Assembly: GCA_035221665.1 (NCBI GenBank)
Contig: CM069174.1
Coordinates: 8,804,001 to 8,868,000 of the forward strand
From: Okamejei kenojei
Lineage: Eukaryota
DNA: 64,000 bases
Reading direction: 5' to 3'
Shown: one piece after another, positions 11,530 to 25,559 of the stretch
Layout: each line of letters opens with the position of its first letter
Numbering within the stretch: position 1 is the first letter of the stretch
The notes under the pieces: model-generated
What the model was told of the DNA's origin: nothing
Database searches by the model: none
The model's input: only the letters and a program-made list of their open reading frames with translations
Program-made: the position numbers and the translations under genes

Positions 11530-12100
11530 CTGGATCATTGAATAAGATCACTGCTGATCTTTAACTCAGCACTATTTTATTGCACTAACTCCATATACCC
11601 CAATTCTACTCCACCATTCAAAAATGATAATTTGGTTTCCGTAATATCTAAAGACCTACCAATATCTGTCTGCAAGCATCGCAGTGACTGAGCTTCCACA
11701 GCCAATTTGAGTAAAGTATTCCAAAAATGTACTAGCCTTTGGGTGAAGAAATGTCTTCTATTCTCACTTTGAGACTATGACCTCTGGTTCTAGCCACCCC
11801 AGTCAGGGGAAACATCATTAAATATATAGAGAACATAGTAAAACACAGGAACAGACCCTTCGGCCCACCATATTGGCCCCAATCATGATGACAAATGATG
11901 CCATCCCAGGAATTGAACTGGTGAACTTTCACAGCACTCCCTCTATCATAAATAGAAGCATTCTTAGCTAAGGAGACCAAACCTGTACACAATATTCTAG
12001 ATACAGCCTCGCATCTGTGTAATTGGAGCAACACATCACTACACTTGCACTCAAATTGTCCTGTTGTAAAGCCGACATACTGTTTGCCTTCCTGACTTTT
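11530..12100 (-). mobile_element. Old CR1 3' fragment
   Basis: ARTRGHSLK and SRILCTGLVS remnants. Confidence 0.6.
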
Positions 12101-13102
12101 AACTACATCTGCTAGTGGGGAAGGCGACTAAACTTCCTTTACACACTATTACAATTTCTCTCTTTGCACACATCTATAAAAATATTAAGTTTTGCAATAG
12201 AAATACACCACTTGAGAGCACCGCCAGCGGATGCTCTTCCCGGGATGAGAAAAACTTTAAAGCAATCCTGCTGTCATCAGGTTGCTATGGAGATTAATGG
12301 AAGCAGTTAAACTCTTAGAAGGTGCTGCAATGTTCTTCAATAAGACCTATCTTAACCACTTGGCACTATTTCACTCTGCTCACACTGCTCTGTTGTATCC
12401 ACCCTTGCATCCTGCTCCACTACTGCCACCGACTCCTTCACCTCGCCCCTTGTCTCACAGACCACTGCGACCACCCACAATGGCAGGAAAACTGGTTTTA
12501 GGCCCTCCAAAAGAAAAGATCTCTCCATATTGTCTGAAATCAGCTGCAGGTGGGAAAATACATCAAAATTTGCCTCCACATGCAAAGCAGCATGTGGCCA
12601 GCGCATATTTTAGGAGATGCTGTTTCTAAACTAATAAACAACAACATCTTGCATTTATGTGGCACCTTTAATGAACCATAGTAACTCAAGGAGATTCACA
12701 AGAGCATTATTGATAGCATTTTGACACCAGGAGTTTCGGGCAGATAGTCAAAATCTTTGCCACTGAGATACATTTTAAGCATCATTTTAAAGAAAGAGGG
12801 AGATGGATTTTATGCACAGAATTCCAGAGGTTAAGGCTTTGGTGTCTGAATATATGGCCCACCAATGGTGGAGGGACAAGCAAAAGGCCAGAACTAAAGA
12901 GCTGACAGAAATCTCGTAACATTGTAGGGCTTCGAAAAGGTTATTGGAAAAGGGCAAGCAATGAGAGCAATGATAAAGAACTTAAAATGGAGGTATTGTA
13001 GAGTGAGATGTTGCAAGTTAAGACTGTGACAGCAGGATCTTTGAAAGAGCACAAACCGAGTTGAAGTACCAAGTGAGCTACCATTTTTCTCTTTGTCCTT
13101 AC

Positions 13103-13254
13103 CTTGAGGAAGGTGAGGTTTCGATTGGCAAAAATGTTAGTGATCTCCAAGTTGCCCATCACTATCTCACAGTCGGTGTACATCTTCAACAGCTGCTGGT
13201 ACTGCTGCTCTTGGCCAGAGAGTGAACTCAGCTTGTTTTCCGTGCCTGCACACA
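13103..13254 (-). CDS. ERBB3: ErbB receptor exon 2 (start of L1 domain)
   Basis: 152-nt exon between ccag| and |gtaagg encoding (V)[50 protein letters not shown], which contains the Erb[12 protein letters not shown] motif. Confidence 0.93.
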
Positions 13255-14272
13255 CTGGACAAAACATAAACAAATTTCTTTAGCAAAGAGGAGTTTCAGC
13301 TCGCTCATCAGTTATTAAGCTGCTCAGTATGGCCATTTCGTTTTAAAATAGAGTCCCCCATTGCTTACTTTTCCTCCTCTCTCGCCCATCTTAATGCTGC
13401 CTAAAGGCACCAGATGTTCTGAACGGGCTATACAAAACTGTTCACTGTGAATGGTATAAAATTAACAGCAAAAAATACAAAAATAAAAACATTCCAAAAG
13501 CCACCATGGAAAAATTGTTTTATTCATTTTTTTGCACCGATAAAACGCCATGCCATCATTCACTCTGCTTTATAAGAGCACCAAAAATGTATTTTAAAAT
13601 ACGCCCATGGAATATCACACAATCTTACTTGGTTATGGGATGCACTGGTGACCTGCTAAAAGATGCTAAATTAAAAAATAATAATTTATCTTGGAACACG
13701 TATTTGAGGTTCCAATGACCAATGTATTGGAACCAAAAACTAATACATCCCTTGACTGAAGTTTTCCCAATATGTAATTTTGACCAACAACAATGAAAAC
13801 CAACAATAGTCCCCAAACCGAAGGAAAATTAAAATCAAAATATTCAAGCTTGGCCACACTGTCCCAGACGTGATTACCTGGAATGCGTTGTAGATAGCAA
13901 AAGGCAAGTCTACTTTCCTCTTACCACCCTCTGCCATCACTCAACATGACCAATAGGATTCATTACAATCAGGGTAGTTCTGTGGCTGTTTTACTGAGTG
14001 CTAGTTAGAATTCATTAGGAACACTGTGTTCTGTTCTGGGAGTTTCATCTTTAAAAGCATACACAGGTATTGGAATAAGTCCACCGCTGATTCACCAGGG
14101 ATTTAGGAACAATCGGCTCAAGTGTGTTCTGCCATTCAGTGAAAACGCAGGCAATCCCTCCCCTTCCTTCAATCTCTTTGGGTAACAAAAACCCAATGAC
14201 TACAGATTTCACTTTAACTGGACAACCGTCAATTGCTGTTTGGGTTAGAGAATTCTCCAACTTCTGTCCTCT

Positions 14273-14550
14273 CCACCCCGGAGAGCAGCGAGAGAGGATG
14301 TTGCAGAATTCTCGTCTGAGAGAGGAGGAGAGCTTCTTCAAAGTAGACACACCTTAAGGAGATTTCGTAGTGGAGATTCCTCCTGCTCTCCGACTCTACG
14401 CATTAATTGTAATTTATCTCTCTACATCATCGCCTATATCTCTCGTTTCCCTTATCACTAACTAGTCTGAAGAAGGGTCTCGACCCGAAACGTCACCCAT
14501 TCCTTCTCTACAGAGATGCTGCCTGTCCTGCTTTTTATGTCTATCTTCAG
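14273..14550. mobile_element. Penelope pseudo-LTR fragment: inverted putative 5' ORF start plus terminal repeat with hammerhead core
   Basis: The minus-strand segment STLKKLSSSLRREF is homologous to 55900-55990. An intact plus-strand core lies at 14467-14494. Confidence 0.65.
14467..14494 (+). ncRNA. Minimal type I hammerhead ribozyme motif
   Basis: CUGAAGA-A-[GGGU CUCG ACCC]-GAAAC-GUC. Confidence 0.55.
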
Positions 14551-16165
14551 AAGAAATAGTACCACGCTACAGTCTGCTTGAAAATACTGTAAACATCAAT
14601 CAAAATGCCCCAAGTTGTGACTTGCTGGAAAACCGGGATGTAGGGTCATCCTAAGGTGAGAGATGTAGTGGACCAGATAGGTTTTCTCGGGTTTTGAACC
14701 CACAATGTTCTAAATCAGAGATAAGCATGCACAACCCACCGAGCCATGGCTGAATCCCATCTCTCACCACAATGCTGCCTAACCTGTTGAGTATTTCCAG
14801 CATTATTTTTAAATATCAAATTTTCGACTGTCTTCTGAATCTCTCATTTCCTGCGTGTTTTTTCTCCTCTCTCTGCTGCTTTCCCTCCTCCATTTATTCA
14901 CACACCTCTATAAAGATTAGCTGTGATTAACAAGCATTCATTACCCTTCCCTTGGACAGCATCAGCGACATTTGTGTCACCCACACAGCCTTAATCCCCA
15001 CTCAATCACACATCCCCACTGTCCTCTCCTACCTGCCCCTCTTTGGAACTTTTATAACACAGTTATTTTCTCACTTTTCCAGTTCTGATAAAGGGTCATC
15101 ACTCTGAAATGTCAACTCTGTTTCTCACTCTACATCTGCAGCCTGACTGCTGAGCATTTCCAGAATTCTGTTTTTATGTTGGCTGAAACCCATGCCAATC
15201 AAGATAAAGACTGAAGAAAATTGGCCAACATGCACACATGTCCCAATAGTGGTTACTGAAAAACAGAAATATGAGATAGCAGGCCCAACCCACCCCACCC
15301 TCCGGACACCAAGCCATGCTAGTCCCTTGTCCAACTTCTACAGCCGTGTCCAGCAGTATGGTGGGTTTGGGATAGTTTTCTTAGATGGATGACAGCCAGT
15401 GGTTTCCAAAGCACCTCATCTGCTTTGAAACATTTATCATAGGGGTGGAGGAAAAGTAGGAAATACTTCAATTAAAAGGCTGTCAGGGAGCCACTGAACC
15501 ACTGCACAAATCTACCTGAAAAATCAGCAACTAGAATGAACCTGCCTCTTGGCACGAAGCACCTCTTATTCCTATAAAGAAACAATCAAACTATGTGTTG
15601 GGCTATGAATAGTGCCTCCATACATACATGCAAAAGACCAAATACTGACAGCCCGAGTGCCTTGGCTTTTTTTGCAAATCCCCTGAAGAGAATTAGGGGC
15701 AATTAAATATCGGAGTAACTCCCAGAGCAGACAGGATGCAGCATGGAATCCTTTTGATCAACATGTTTCAGAAACCATTAAAACTTTTGAGCTGAATCTG
15801 AATATTGGAAGTGTGCAGGAATTACTCTGATTTCTGAAAGCTGTTCAAAGCAAAATTGTCATGCCAAATAGCTGCTCCGAGAGAAGGGATTTGTGTCAAT
15901 TATGGGGCACGGGTGCAGAGGAAAAGTCAAAATTATGAAGGGTCAAGACAGAGTGGAGAAAATTAAAAGTTGCCATTTGGCAGAAGGGTTGAGTATCAGT
16001 TGGATATCATTACTTGAAAGGGCAGTTGAAGCAGATTACCTTCCAAAATGAAACTGGTTAGATACTTAAGGGAGAACAGAATGTTACGAGGGAAAGAGTT
16101 GGAGAATGAAACTGACTTGCCGCCATGCAGTGCAGAGTAATTGGGCAAAATAGCTTCTTCCTGCG

Positions 16166-16848
16166 CTATCCCTCCTTAACTCCCTGGTCAATTTGTCCCT
16201 TCCTACCCAAACTACCCCCTCCCCTGGTACTTTCCCCTGCAACCGCAGAAAATGCTACACCTGTCACTTTACCTCCCCCCTCGACTCCATCCAAGGACCC
16301 AATCAGTCTTGCCAGGTGAGGCAGAGATTCACCTGCACCTCCTCCAACCTCATCTACTGCATCCGTTGTTCCAGGTGTCAACCTATCTACATCGGTGAGA
16401 CCAAGAGCTGGTTCGGCGATCGCTTCGCCCAACACCTCCGCTCAGTTCGTACTAACCAACCTGATCTCCCAGTTGCTCAGCACTTCAATTCCCCGTCCCA
16501 TTCCCAATCTGACCTTCCTGTCCTGGGCATCCTCCATTGCCAAAGTGAGGCCCACTGCTAATTGGAGGAACAGCACCTCATATTTCGCTTGGGTAGTTTA
16601 CACCCCAGCAGTATGAACATTGACCTCTAATTTTAGATAGTCCTTGCTTTCTCCCTCCTTCCCCCCCCCCTCCCCTCCCCTTTCCCAGCTCTCCCACAAA
16701 GCCTACTGTCTCTGCCTATTCCTTTCTTTTTCCTGCCCCCCCCCCCCGACATCAGTCTGAAGAAGGGTCTCGACCCGAAATGTCGCCTATTCCTTCTCCC
16801 CATAGATGCTGCCTCACCCGCTGAGTTTCTCCAGCATTTTTTGTCTTC
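16166..16848 (+). mobile_element. Penelope-like element 3' fragment: GIY-YIG endonuclease and terminal repeat with hammerhead motif
   Basis: ORF 16193-16561 contains PCNRRKCYTC...FTCTSSNLIYCIRCSRCQPIYIGET...RFAQHLRS...VAQHFN, the PLE Zn-finger and GIY-YIG signature. A stop codon interrupts it before LEEQHLIFRLG. The 3' end reads CTGAAGAAGGGTCTCGACCCGAAATGTC. Confidence 0.9.
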
Positions 16849-17129
16849 CTGTGCAATGTATTTTGAGGTAGGAGGAACGAGTATGTGCTGAGTGTACAAA
16901 ATTCTTTGCTTAGGACTGTGAGCCCAGAACTAGAGGCATAAATGAAGTCTATCTCCACTAATACCTGGAATTGTATCAGTGATTGTTGGAAGTTCAATGT
17001 CCAGATAATACACATGAGGAAGGATTGATAAAAATTCAGTGCAATTGTTTTCTTTATTCAGACACAGGATGTAGGCGTAGCTAGGCCAGCATTTATTGCC
17101 CATCCTTAATTGCACAGAGAGCTTTGGAA

Positions 17130-17615
17130 GCTGAGTCATTAAGTATATTCAAGGCCAAGTTTTATGACCCACTGAGGAGTCAAAGGTTATGGGGAACAAA
17201 CATGCATAAAGCCAAGACCAGGATCAAATCAGCCATGAAAATATTGAATGGTAGAGCAGGCTTAAAGTTGAATGATCTAGGTTTCTTTCCCTAAATAAAA
17301 TACAAAATTAGGAAAGGGATACGCAGAGTAGATAGTAATTTTTTTTCCTATTGTGCGGGTAACCTAGATAGGAGAGTATAGATTTGCTGGAGATGTAGAA
17401 GGTGCGAGGAGAATTGAGAGGGAACAGTTTCACACGGTGGGCAGTTGGAATCTGGAACACACTGCCTGAAGAGATGGTGTAGGCAGGAACTCTCTCAATA
17501 TCTAGACAAGTAGTTAAATTGCCTTGGCATAGAGGGATACAGATCTAATGTGGGTAAGTGGGATCAGTGTATGTAAGTCTTGGGCAGCATGGACATGGTG
17601 CTGTGTGGCTCTGAC
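17130..17615 (+). mobile_element. Old CR1 3' fragments
   Basis: tggaatctggaacacactgcctgaagagatggtg and gatcagccatga-type 3'UTR motifs. Confidence 0.55.
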
Positions 17616-20600
17616 TAAAAATCACATTAATTAACCAATGACATTTTTCATAACAGTTCAATAGTTCTGTGGTCACCTTTACTGATACCAACTTTGTAAT
17701 TCCAGATTTTTTATTCTGGATTTCAGTGGCTCAGCTGGTGCGGTGGGTTTCAAACCTCTCTGTCTACAAGTTTAATCCAGGCCTCTGGACACCTGTTCCA
17801 GGCCGCTACATCATTGTTCCACTATTACAAAGTTGTTATTTCTGCTTCACCGCTAAGAGATGCAATAAAGTTGAGCTAATTAGAGAGTAAAGTTCTGCCA
17901 GTGAGGAATCTATCTTCCTGCAATGTACCAGGGAACACATTTCAAAGAAAAGCCCTGTGAAGCAGTGCAGAATGTGCCAAAATTGTGAAGGCGCTGTTTA
18001 CCAACATCCAAATTCCTCTTTCAGCCCAAGCACTTGGTCAGTTATGTGAAAATTATTTTCTCTGGGAAGGTCCACTAAGCAAGCAAATTCAGGCCTGCAC
18101 CTTCACTTCCTGCTAAGCAGCAAGAGTGTGGCACCGACAGTCCCTGTGGATGAGTCACACTGTTCCACCTACACTCTCACGCCAATGTCTGGCAGAACGG
18201 GAAGTGACTGCTAATAAAAGGTGATGGCTTATTTTCTATTTGATATTCAATAGTAAATATCACCAGCCTTCTGTACTTCTTATGCATTAAGCTAAAGTCT
18301 CTGGAGACTAAATTATAAATAAAAAGTGTATTTCCAATTTTCATCCCTTCTTATGCTGAAAATAGTGATTCTGTGGAGTTACATTTCTTCAGGACAAACT
18401 AACAATCTGGGGATTGCTCCCTTTCAAGTTCAAATGGTGTGCCACTTGGAGGGAAACCTGCAGGTGGGGATGTATCCATGTGTCTGAACCCCTTGCTCAT
18501 TTGAGTGGATATAGGTTTGGGAGGTGTTATCTAAGTGGCCTCGGTGAGGAAGTACAGGGCATCTTATAGATGGTACACATTGCCACCATGACGTGCCAGT
18601 GGTGGAGAGAATAAATGTTTAGGGCAGTGGATGAGGTGCCAGTCAAATTTCAGGTCCTGTTGGAGCTGTGCTCATCTATGGAAAGTATATCATCACACTC
18701 TTTACTTGTGCTTTTTAGGCGGTAGAACGGCTTTGGGGTGGTGAGAAAGAGAGTCACTTACTGCAGGATACCTCGCGTCTTGTAGCCACAGTATTCATGT
18801 GGTCTGCCAGTTGAGTTTCTGGTCAGTACGGGCCCTGGGATGTTGATGATAGGGGACTTGACGACGATAACGCAAATGAATGTCAGGGGAACTAGTCCAA
18901 AGCTCGAGCTGTTTTTTTAAGCCCTCTTTGGTCAGCTGCACAGAAGCTAGTTATGCAGCCTCAGCCCCACCCCCACCCAATGCTAGCCAAGATTGGTTCA
19001 CTCACCACAGACCAACAATCAAACCTCATAAATGAGTAAGCTACTCCAAGACGTTCACCCTAATATTTCTAACTGCCAATAATCTCAAAAAAATAGCTCT
19101 CCCTCACTTCCACCTGCCTCCCCCTCGTCCTTCTTTACAGCCGCAAACTGTACCATTTTCTGGGTTACTGAGATTAGAGTGGTAAATTGAACATATGCCT
19201 ACAAATCACATCTGCCCAGGGCATGTGAAGAATTAGGCCCCACAATCTGATATTATTGATCAGAATAGCACCTTGAGGTGCCAGTAAACTTGGAAACGGT
19301 GAGAACGATGCTGCACATTATAAAGGAGACATACAGTATCACCATCCAAGTTTCGGTAGCATACAGATTACAGTGGCTTCCTTGTTCCACGTTTCTACTG
19401 AGCACAGCCTTCAGGAATGGCGGACACAGCCCCTGTGGTCTTCTGTAGTGGATGAGGCCTGTACTTGGCAGCTCGGCTGTTCAGCTGGGGGTGGGGAAAG
19501 GAACCAATGTTTACAAGGTCTGGTTCGGCAAGTCTTGAATATTTCCTTTGTTTCCATGGTGTTTGCAGGTCCTTCTGGCTGCTTTTCCAACATTTACAGT
19601 ATCTGATGTCATTGGCACAAACTCTTAGACTGGAGAAATGACTCCCATGATTGCAGAAACTGGCTGTGCCAACACAAACCCTTTTTTTCCCCTCTGTGAT
19701 CTGCAGACAACAGTCAGGCCACACTGTGCAAAATGACAGCAACTTAGTGCTTTTGAGACTAACAAGGGTCAAAACTCAGACCTGGGGCCTGCATGTGTAA
19801 ACAGCCAGCTGAGCTCTTGCATTTGTATAGCACCTTTCACATCAAGAACATTCCATAATTTTACAGCCAATGAGCACTACTGAGCAGAAGTCACTGTTGT
19901 AATATTGGAAACCTGGCAGCCAAAATTGCACACAACAAGATCCCACACACTGCATTCTGATACTGACTGGACAATGCTTTTCTTGTGATGTTGATTAAAA
20001 CATAAATATTGGCTGCCAGACCTGGCAAAATTCCTCTGCTCGTCCCTGAAATAGTTTCATGAGTTCATTCACATCTGCCTGAAGGACAGGCAGGGATCCA
20101 ATACCTACTGCACTGCAGAATTCCCACCGTACTGCCCCTCCCACAGCACGGTGCTCCCTCAGTCACGCCCCCCCCACAGTGTGACATTCTTTCAGTACTG
20201 CCCCTCTAACGGTGTGATGCTCCCTCAGCTCCCACCTCCTATAGGGAGGAACTCCCTCGGCACAGCACAGGAACATTTTGATTTTGGTGGAGTGGGATTT
20301 GAATTCACAATCTTCTGATTCAGAGACCATTCAGCACAGTTCATTGTCATGAATATACTTGATGTGTGGATATATGTTATCAACAGTTGGAGAAGAAGAG
20401 TTAATACCATTGCAGAGCCTCACTGGACAATCTCCAGACAAACAAATTTAACAGTTCGATTTATTGGAATAACAAATACATTTCTAGCCTCTGTTATGGG
20501 AGTTGATTCTATTAAAATGTTTCAAATCCAAGAGGGGATGGGAAGCTGTTGCCCCGGCTGGAAAGCTTAAAGCTCAGGTATTGAGAAAAAGGAGGCATCC

Positions 20601-23599
20601 ATTTAGGACTAAGATAAGAAATATCTTCTCTGAGTAGCGTGTGAATCTCCTCCCCCCTCCCCTGTGGTTGCTGACTGCTTGCACTGGGAATCAAGGGCTA
20701 ATGGGTTTGGCTGGGGAGTTGGACATGGCAAAGGATCAGCTGCTACAGTATCTGTGTAAATGAGGGAGCAGGCTTGAATAGCCAAATGACCTCTTCATGC
20801 TCTGGTTTCTTAAGGTCGAAAAGCATTGAGGCTGACATCAAGATCAACATTGCTGAGATCACCCAGCACAATAACAAGTCAGTGAATCTCAGACTTTCCT
20901 GGTCCAGGTGACTCAGCAGTAATCAATTCAGTGCCTTCACCCCAGGAAGTTTCCAAGCCTGTTTCCAAGTCCAGATGCAAGTATGAGGTAGCTGGATTAG
21001 AAAGCACAAGGTGAAGGATTCACACCGCAACTGTCACTATTCTTCAGTGGCCATCTGACTCTTGTGCCAAACTGCAGTCTGCGGTGCAGGATCTCTCTTC
21101 TGCTATTCTAGCCTCACCGCCCTTTCATTGGTGACTGGGCTACAGGTATTAAACCATAGTCATGTTGGTGGAAACCCATAGGTTCAGGGTAGTCTGAAGC
21201 CATGTTATAATAGCCAGAGCCAAAACTGTCCCCAGGTCAGCAGTAACTCAGGTATCCTATCTCAGTCCATCACCAAACTGCACATGCTCGCACAAGCTTG
21301 CATACACACAGATGCACATACACTTCTGCTCACACTTGCACACACATTCTCAGTCAGCATTAAAATGCAAAGCTTCCATTGTGGATTTATTTACGGAAAA
21401 GCAAAGCTGTATTTTTTTGTTTTCTTTTCCACTGGCAAACACCCTTTGAAAAGGTTTTTATAAAGGTTTAACTGTAAGTAGCATTGGAATGTATGTTGCT
21501 GTAACCCTAACAACAAGGTAGATTGTTTTCCCAAGCCACTGTCACGAGTTGTTTATCCAGTTTCAAACCACACTGGTTGGCGAGTCAATAAATAGTTGAT
21601 CAGTGGCTAATGGTGCAAATAAACTGCCGTGGAGAAAGAAATGCAGCAACTGTAAGGGTCAGAACACCAGGTGGTGTAGAGCAACTGTTCACCGTCAAGT
21701 TCTATTGCCTGTGAGCAGTCAAACAGCTCTGAGCACGCAGGTTCGATCCTGACATCCACCGCTGCCTCTGTGACCACGTGGATTTCCTCTGGTGCTTTAC
21801 CCCCAAATCCCAATGACGTTCAGGTTAAATGGCCACTGTAAATTGCCCCTAGTATGTAGAATATGGGGGGAATTAATGGAAATATGGGGAAGATTTTTTT
21901 TAATGGGATTTGGGGGAAACAGCTACTCAACATTTGGCACAAACGAGTCTTTTGACACCTTTTACCATCCCTTCCCTCTCTGATGTTTCTTTCTCTCAAC
22001 TCTTTCAACTCTCTCAACATCTCTGACACACAGTGAAGAGTATGGCACTGCAGGTACCACATTCTTCACATTTGAGTGCGGACAGGGTTCCAACGTGTGT
22101 CCCTTCCCTCAACATACAACTCCAAACAGTATCCCTGCTTTGAAGTGTAGAGAAAGCAAGTTCTTATTCTGGAATGCCAGTTCTACTGGTGCAACAGGTA
22201 AAGGGGCTCCGGAAGACAGGGAAGGTTCAGAGTTTGATCCTCAAGGTGAGATGCAGCAAATCCTATCCGCTATCCCAGAGCTACTCCTGCAATTGAGGCA
22301 GTGTTTGGACAGGAGAAAATTGGAAAAAGGCACATCAGAAGCTCAGAACAGTGAAAGGTTTTCAATTGAGCATTGTCCACTCAATTTCTGGTGCTATCAT
22401 TGTCTAGAATTGCCCTCCTTTTCCCACTATTCTGCTCTCACATTGGATTATTCGTGGGACCCACTCCAATCAGTCCTTTCCACTTGTGGCTGCTGTTTCC
22501 CAACAAATGTGTTGAGTAAGTCAAAGTGAAGAGGTGAAGGAATAAGATGATGATAAGCTGTTGTGCATATACACTGAGAGAAAAACATCATGAAGGGTAG
22601 GTGAATATTAAACCACACAGAGGATAGCATATCATTGTGAAATTGTTGCAACGTTCACAGTTTAACAGGTGACATCCCACAGCTAGCTAGGTGGCGTGGA
22701 AGCTTTCGATGAAGACTTCTTTTCTATTAAATGGACAATAGCGAATGCAAATTAACGAACTGGAGATACTGAAAATTGGAAATGAAAACAGAAAATCTGG
22801 GAACACTCACTGGGTTAGGCTGTGTCTGACTAAAGAGCAACAGAGTTAATGTTTCAGGTCTAAGCCACTTCATCAGAATTCTGACAAAGAGTCTTTGACT
22901 TGCACCATTAACCCGATTTCTCTTCCGATGGCTGCTGCCCAATCCACCGAGTATTCCCAGCATTTACCGCTTTTATACTCCGGATGGGAACGCTTATATA
23001 TCCAACAGTAAAATGGACGCTGGGAACAGAAAGGCAAACCTGCATGTCACAACTTCAACTGTTGATTAAGGGATCAACATAGACCCTAAGACACTTGTGA
23101 GGGGAACTCCTCTACTCTTTAAAATAAAGGCATGGGATTTGCTACAAGCAGCTGAGAGCAGGTGGGGGTTCAACTTAAGATCCTATCCAAAGGACAGCAA
23201 CTCTAACATAAAGCATTCCCTTGTATCAACACTGGGATTATGCAAACTTTATGCATAAATCTTTGAATTGCGAGCCAAGCCAACAAACTGAGTTAATTCA
23301 CATCCCTCGATGCTCTCAAGGAACTACATCAATCGTCTTGAACCACAAATATTCCCACTGCACCATCCATCTCCTTGCTTTGCTGTTTACAAAGCCTTCC
23401 ACATTTGGACAACTCTTTCACCATCCCTTATCATTGTGTTTTCTGTAAATTCTTTATGAGTTAAATGTGGTAATGTCTTCAGCTCCTCATTGTATTCCAT
23501 TCATCTCTTTCCTATCTGCTGCACCGCTCTCAGTTGACAGGCAGAATCACCCCATGTGTGAGTCCAACCTGGTATGTAACTTCTTGTTTACAGCACTGG

Positions 23600-24115
23600 C
23601 TGTACAAAACCCTCCAAATTCACTCGAAAGATAAACAAATCAACAATCACTGCTCTCTTCCAAGGCAACATCCACAGCAATGAGGTCCTAGTTACCCTCA
23701 GTCAACTGCATTGGGCTGGCCATTTCATTTGCCTGCCCAATACCAAACTCCAGACACTGAAACTCTCTTCCAAGCTCTGTTGTGGGAGGCGATTTTCAGG
23801 TGGACAGAAGAAAAGAATCATGGTTATGCTTGAAGGAATGCAACATCCTCACTGACTCCTCTGGCCACAACCACACAAAGTGGAGAAGGAACATTCATGA
23901 TGGTATTGAGAACCTTAATACCATGGATCAGAAGCACAGAGAAGTCCTGTCTAAGCGGTGAAAGGAGTGCACTACCTCAAAAACCACCCTCCCACCCCAG
24001 CAGCCATCTCCCGCCCCCTCTTTGGAAATCTGCGATTCCCACATTGACCTCATCAGCTAACTCAGAACCCACAAAATTGAAGCAAGTCATTCTCAATCCT
24101 GAGGGACATCCCATG
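23600..24115 (+). mobile_element. RTE-clade LINE 3' fragment
   Basis: QLHWAGH...GRRFSGGQKKR...KWRR remnants. Confidence 0.55.
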
Positions 24116-24337
24116 AAAAAACTAACAAAAGTGGCTTCTTTCAAATGGCCTGAATGGTCTGTTTCTACGCTGTATCATTATGACACCATCACTGCCTTCC
24201 CTCTGTATTGTACCTTCCACATCACACACACTCTAGTTCACGGGAGATTCAGAAAATTGTTGCTGACTCACGAAACGCTCGTCAATGATGTTGGTTTTAA
24301 GGAGCATCTTAAAAGAGGAGAAATACATTGTTTTTAT

Positions 24338-24635
24338 GAGTGGTGCAGTGGTAGGGTTGCTGCCTTACAGCACCAGAGACCCGGGTTCGATCCCAACTAC
24401 AGGTGCCGTCCGTATGGAATTTGTACATTTTCCTTGTGACCACATGTGTTTTCTCCAGGTGCTCCGGTTTCCTCCCACACTCCAAATGACATGCAGGTTT
24501 GTAGCTTAATTGGCTTTGGTAAAATTGTAAACTGTCCCTAGTGCCTAGGATAGTGCTAGTGTATGGGGTGATCGCTGGCTGGCGCAGACTTGGTGGGCCG
24601 AACGGCCTGTTTTCACACTGTATCTTTAAAGTCTA
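24338..24635 (+). mobile_element. Full-length tRNA-derived V-SINE (HE1-like)
   Basis: A box tggtgcagtgg, B box gggttcgatccc, V-domain ggtgctccggtttcctcccaca and a CR1-derived tail gggccgaacggcctgtt. Confidence 0.85.
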
Positions 24636-25239
24636 AATACAGTATGTTTATGGAGGGAGTGCCAGAGGTTGGCACAGTTGCCAGTGGTGGAGTGTTTAAA
24701 TTTGGTGATTATCCAGTGGCCAAAATTGGAGGAAAGCAGTGATCTGAGGATTATGAGGCTGGCAGGGTTTACAGGCTGAAGGAAGGTTGAGGCTATGGAG
24801 GGATTTGAAAAGGATGAACATTTTAATCTCAAAGCCACACTTAACTGGGAACCAGAATGTCCCAGTGTGCAGAGGTGGTGATGGGCGAGGAGGAGGCTGT
24901 GACATGGGCAGGTTTGTCAAGACTGGCTGGCCAGGAGTGTGTGCATAAAACACAAAGCCACAAACCTCCTCCACACAAGGACCAGCCCTAGAATCAGCAG
25001 TTTTCCTGCCTTCGCCCTAGTGAAACAGTCAGATGAGAGCCCTGTACCTCCGTACTGACAGAATGCAGAAGGAAAATACCTGCCAAATGGCTTTGGACTT
25101 GATTGTGAGAGGGGGGTGGACTTGAAAATCATTGCAGCATTAAGCATGTTTAATGATTAATTCTGCAATTTAGTGAATTCCTCACTGCACTAAAGAAAAA
25201 TAACTCAAGTTTGTGATGCATGCTTCACTGCACAGAATC

Positions 25240-25490
25240 ACACAGCATAGAAACAGGCTCTTGGCCCCACTGAGACTGTGCCAACCAACAAACATCCATT
25301 TACACGAATCCCTTTTTATTCTCCCTACATTCCTATCAACCCTCCCCAGGTTCTACCGCTCACCTACACACTGGGTCAATTTACAACAGCCAATTAACCT
25401 AGCAGCCCACGTATTTGGGATGTGGGAGGAAACTGGAACACCCAGGGGAAACTCGCAGTCAAAGGGAGAATTTGCAAACTCCACACATAC
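25240..25490 (-). mobile_element. V-SINE (HE1-like); similar copies lie at ~21715-21900, 27950-28200 and 29370-29700
   Basis: V-domain gggatgtgggagggaaactggaacaccc. Confidence 0.65.
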
Positions 25491-25559
25491 AAAAAATCTA
25501 TCTCCACCATCTCAAAGAACACTTGACGGCCAAGGGTTCATCAAATGACAAAGACAGTT

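Noticed and set aside
24338-24415. tRNA-like A/B boxes
   Set aside because: This is the head of a V-SINE that continues into the V-domain and CR1 tail, not a tRNA gene.
23897-24439. Longest ORF in the window (180 aa)
   Set aside because: It is a chance read-through of an RTE 3' end, old repeat sequence and a V-SINE head.
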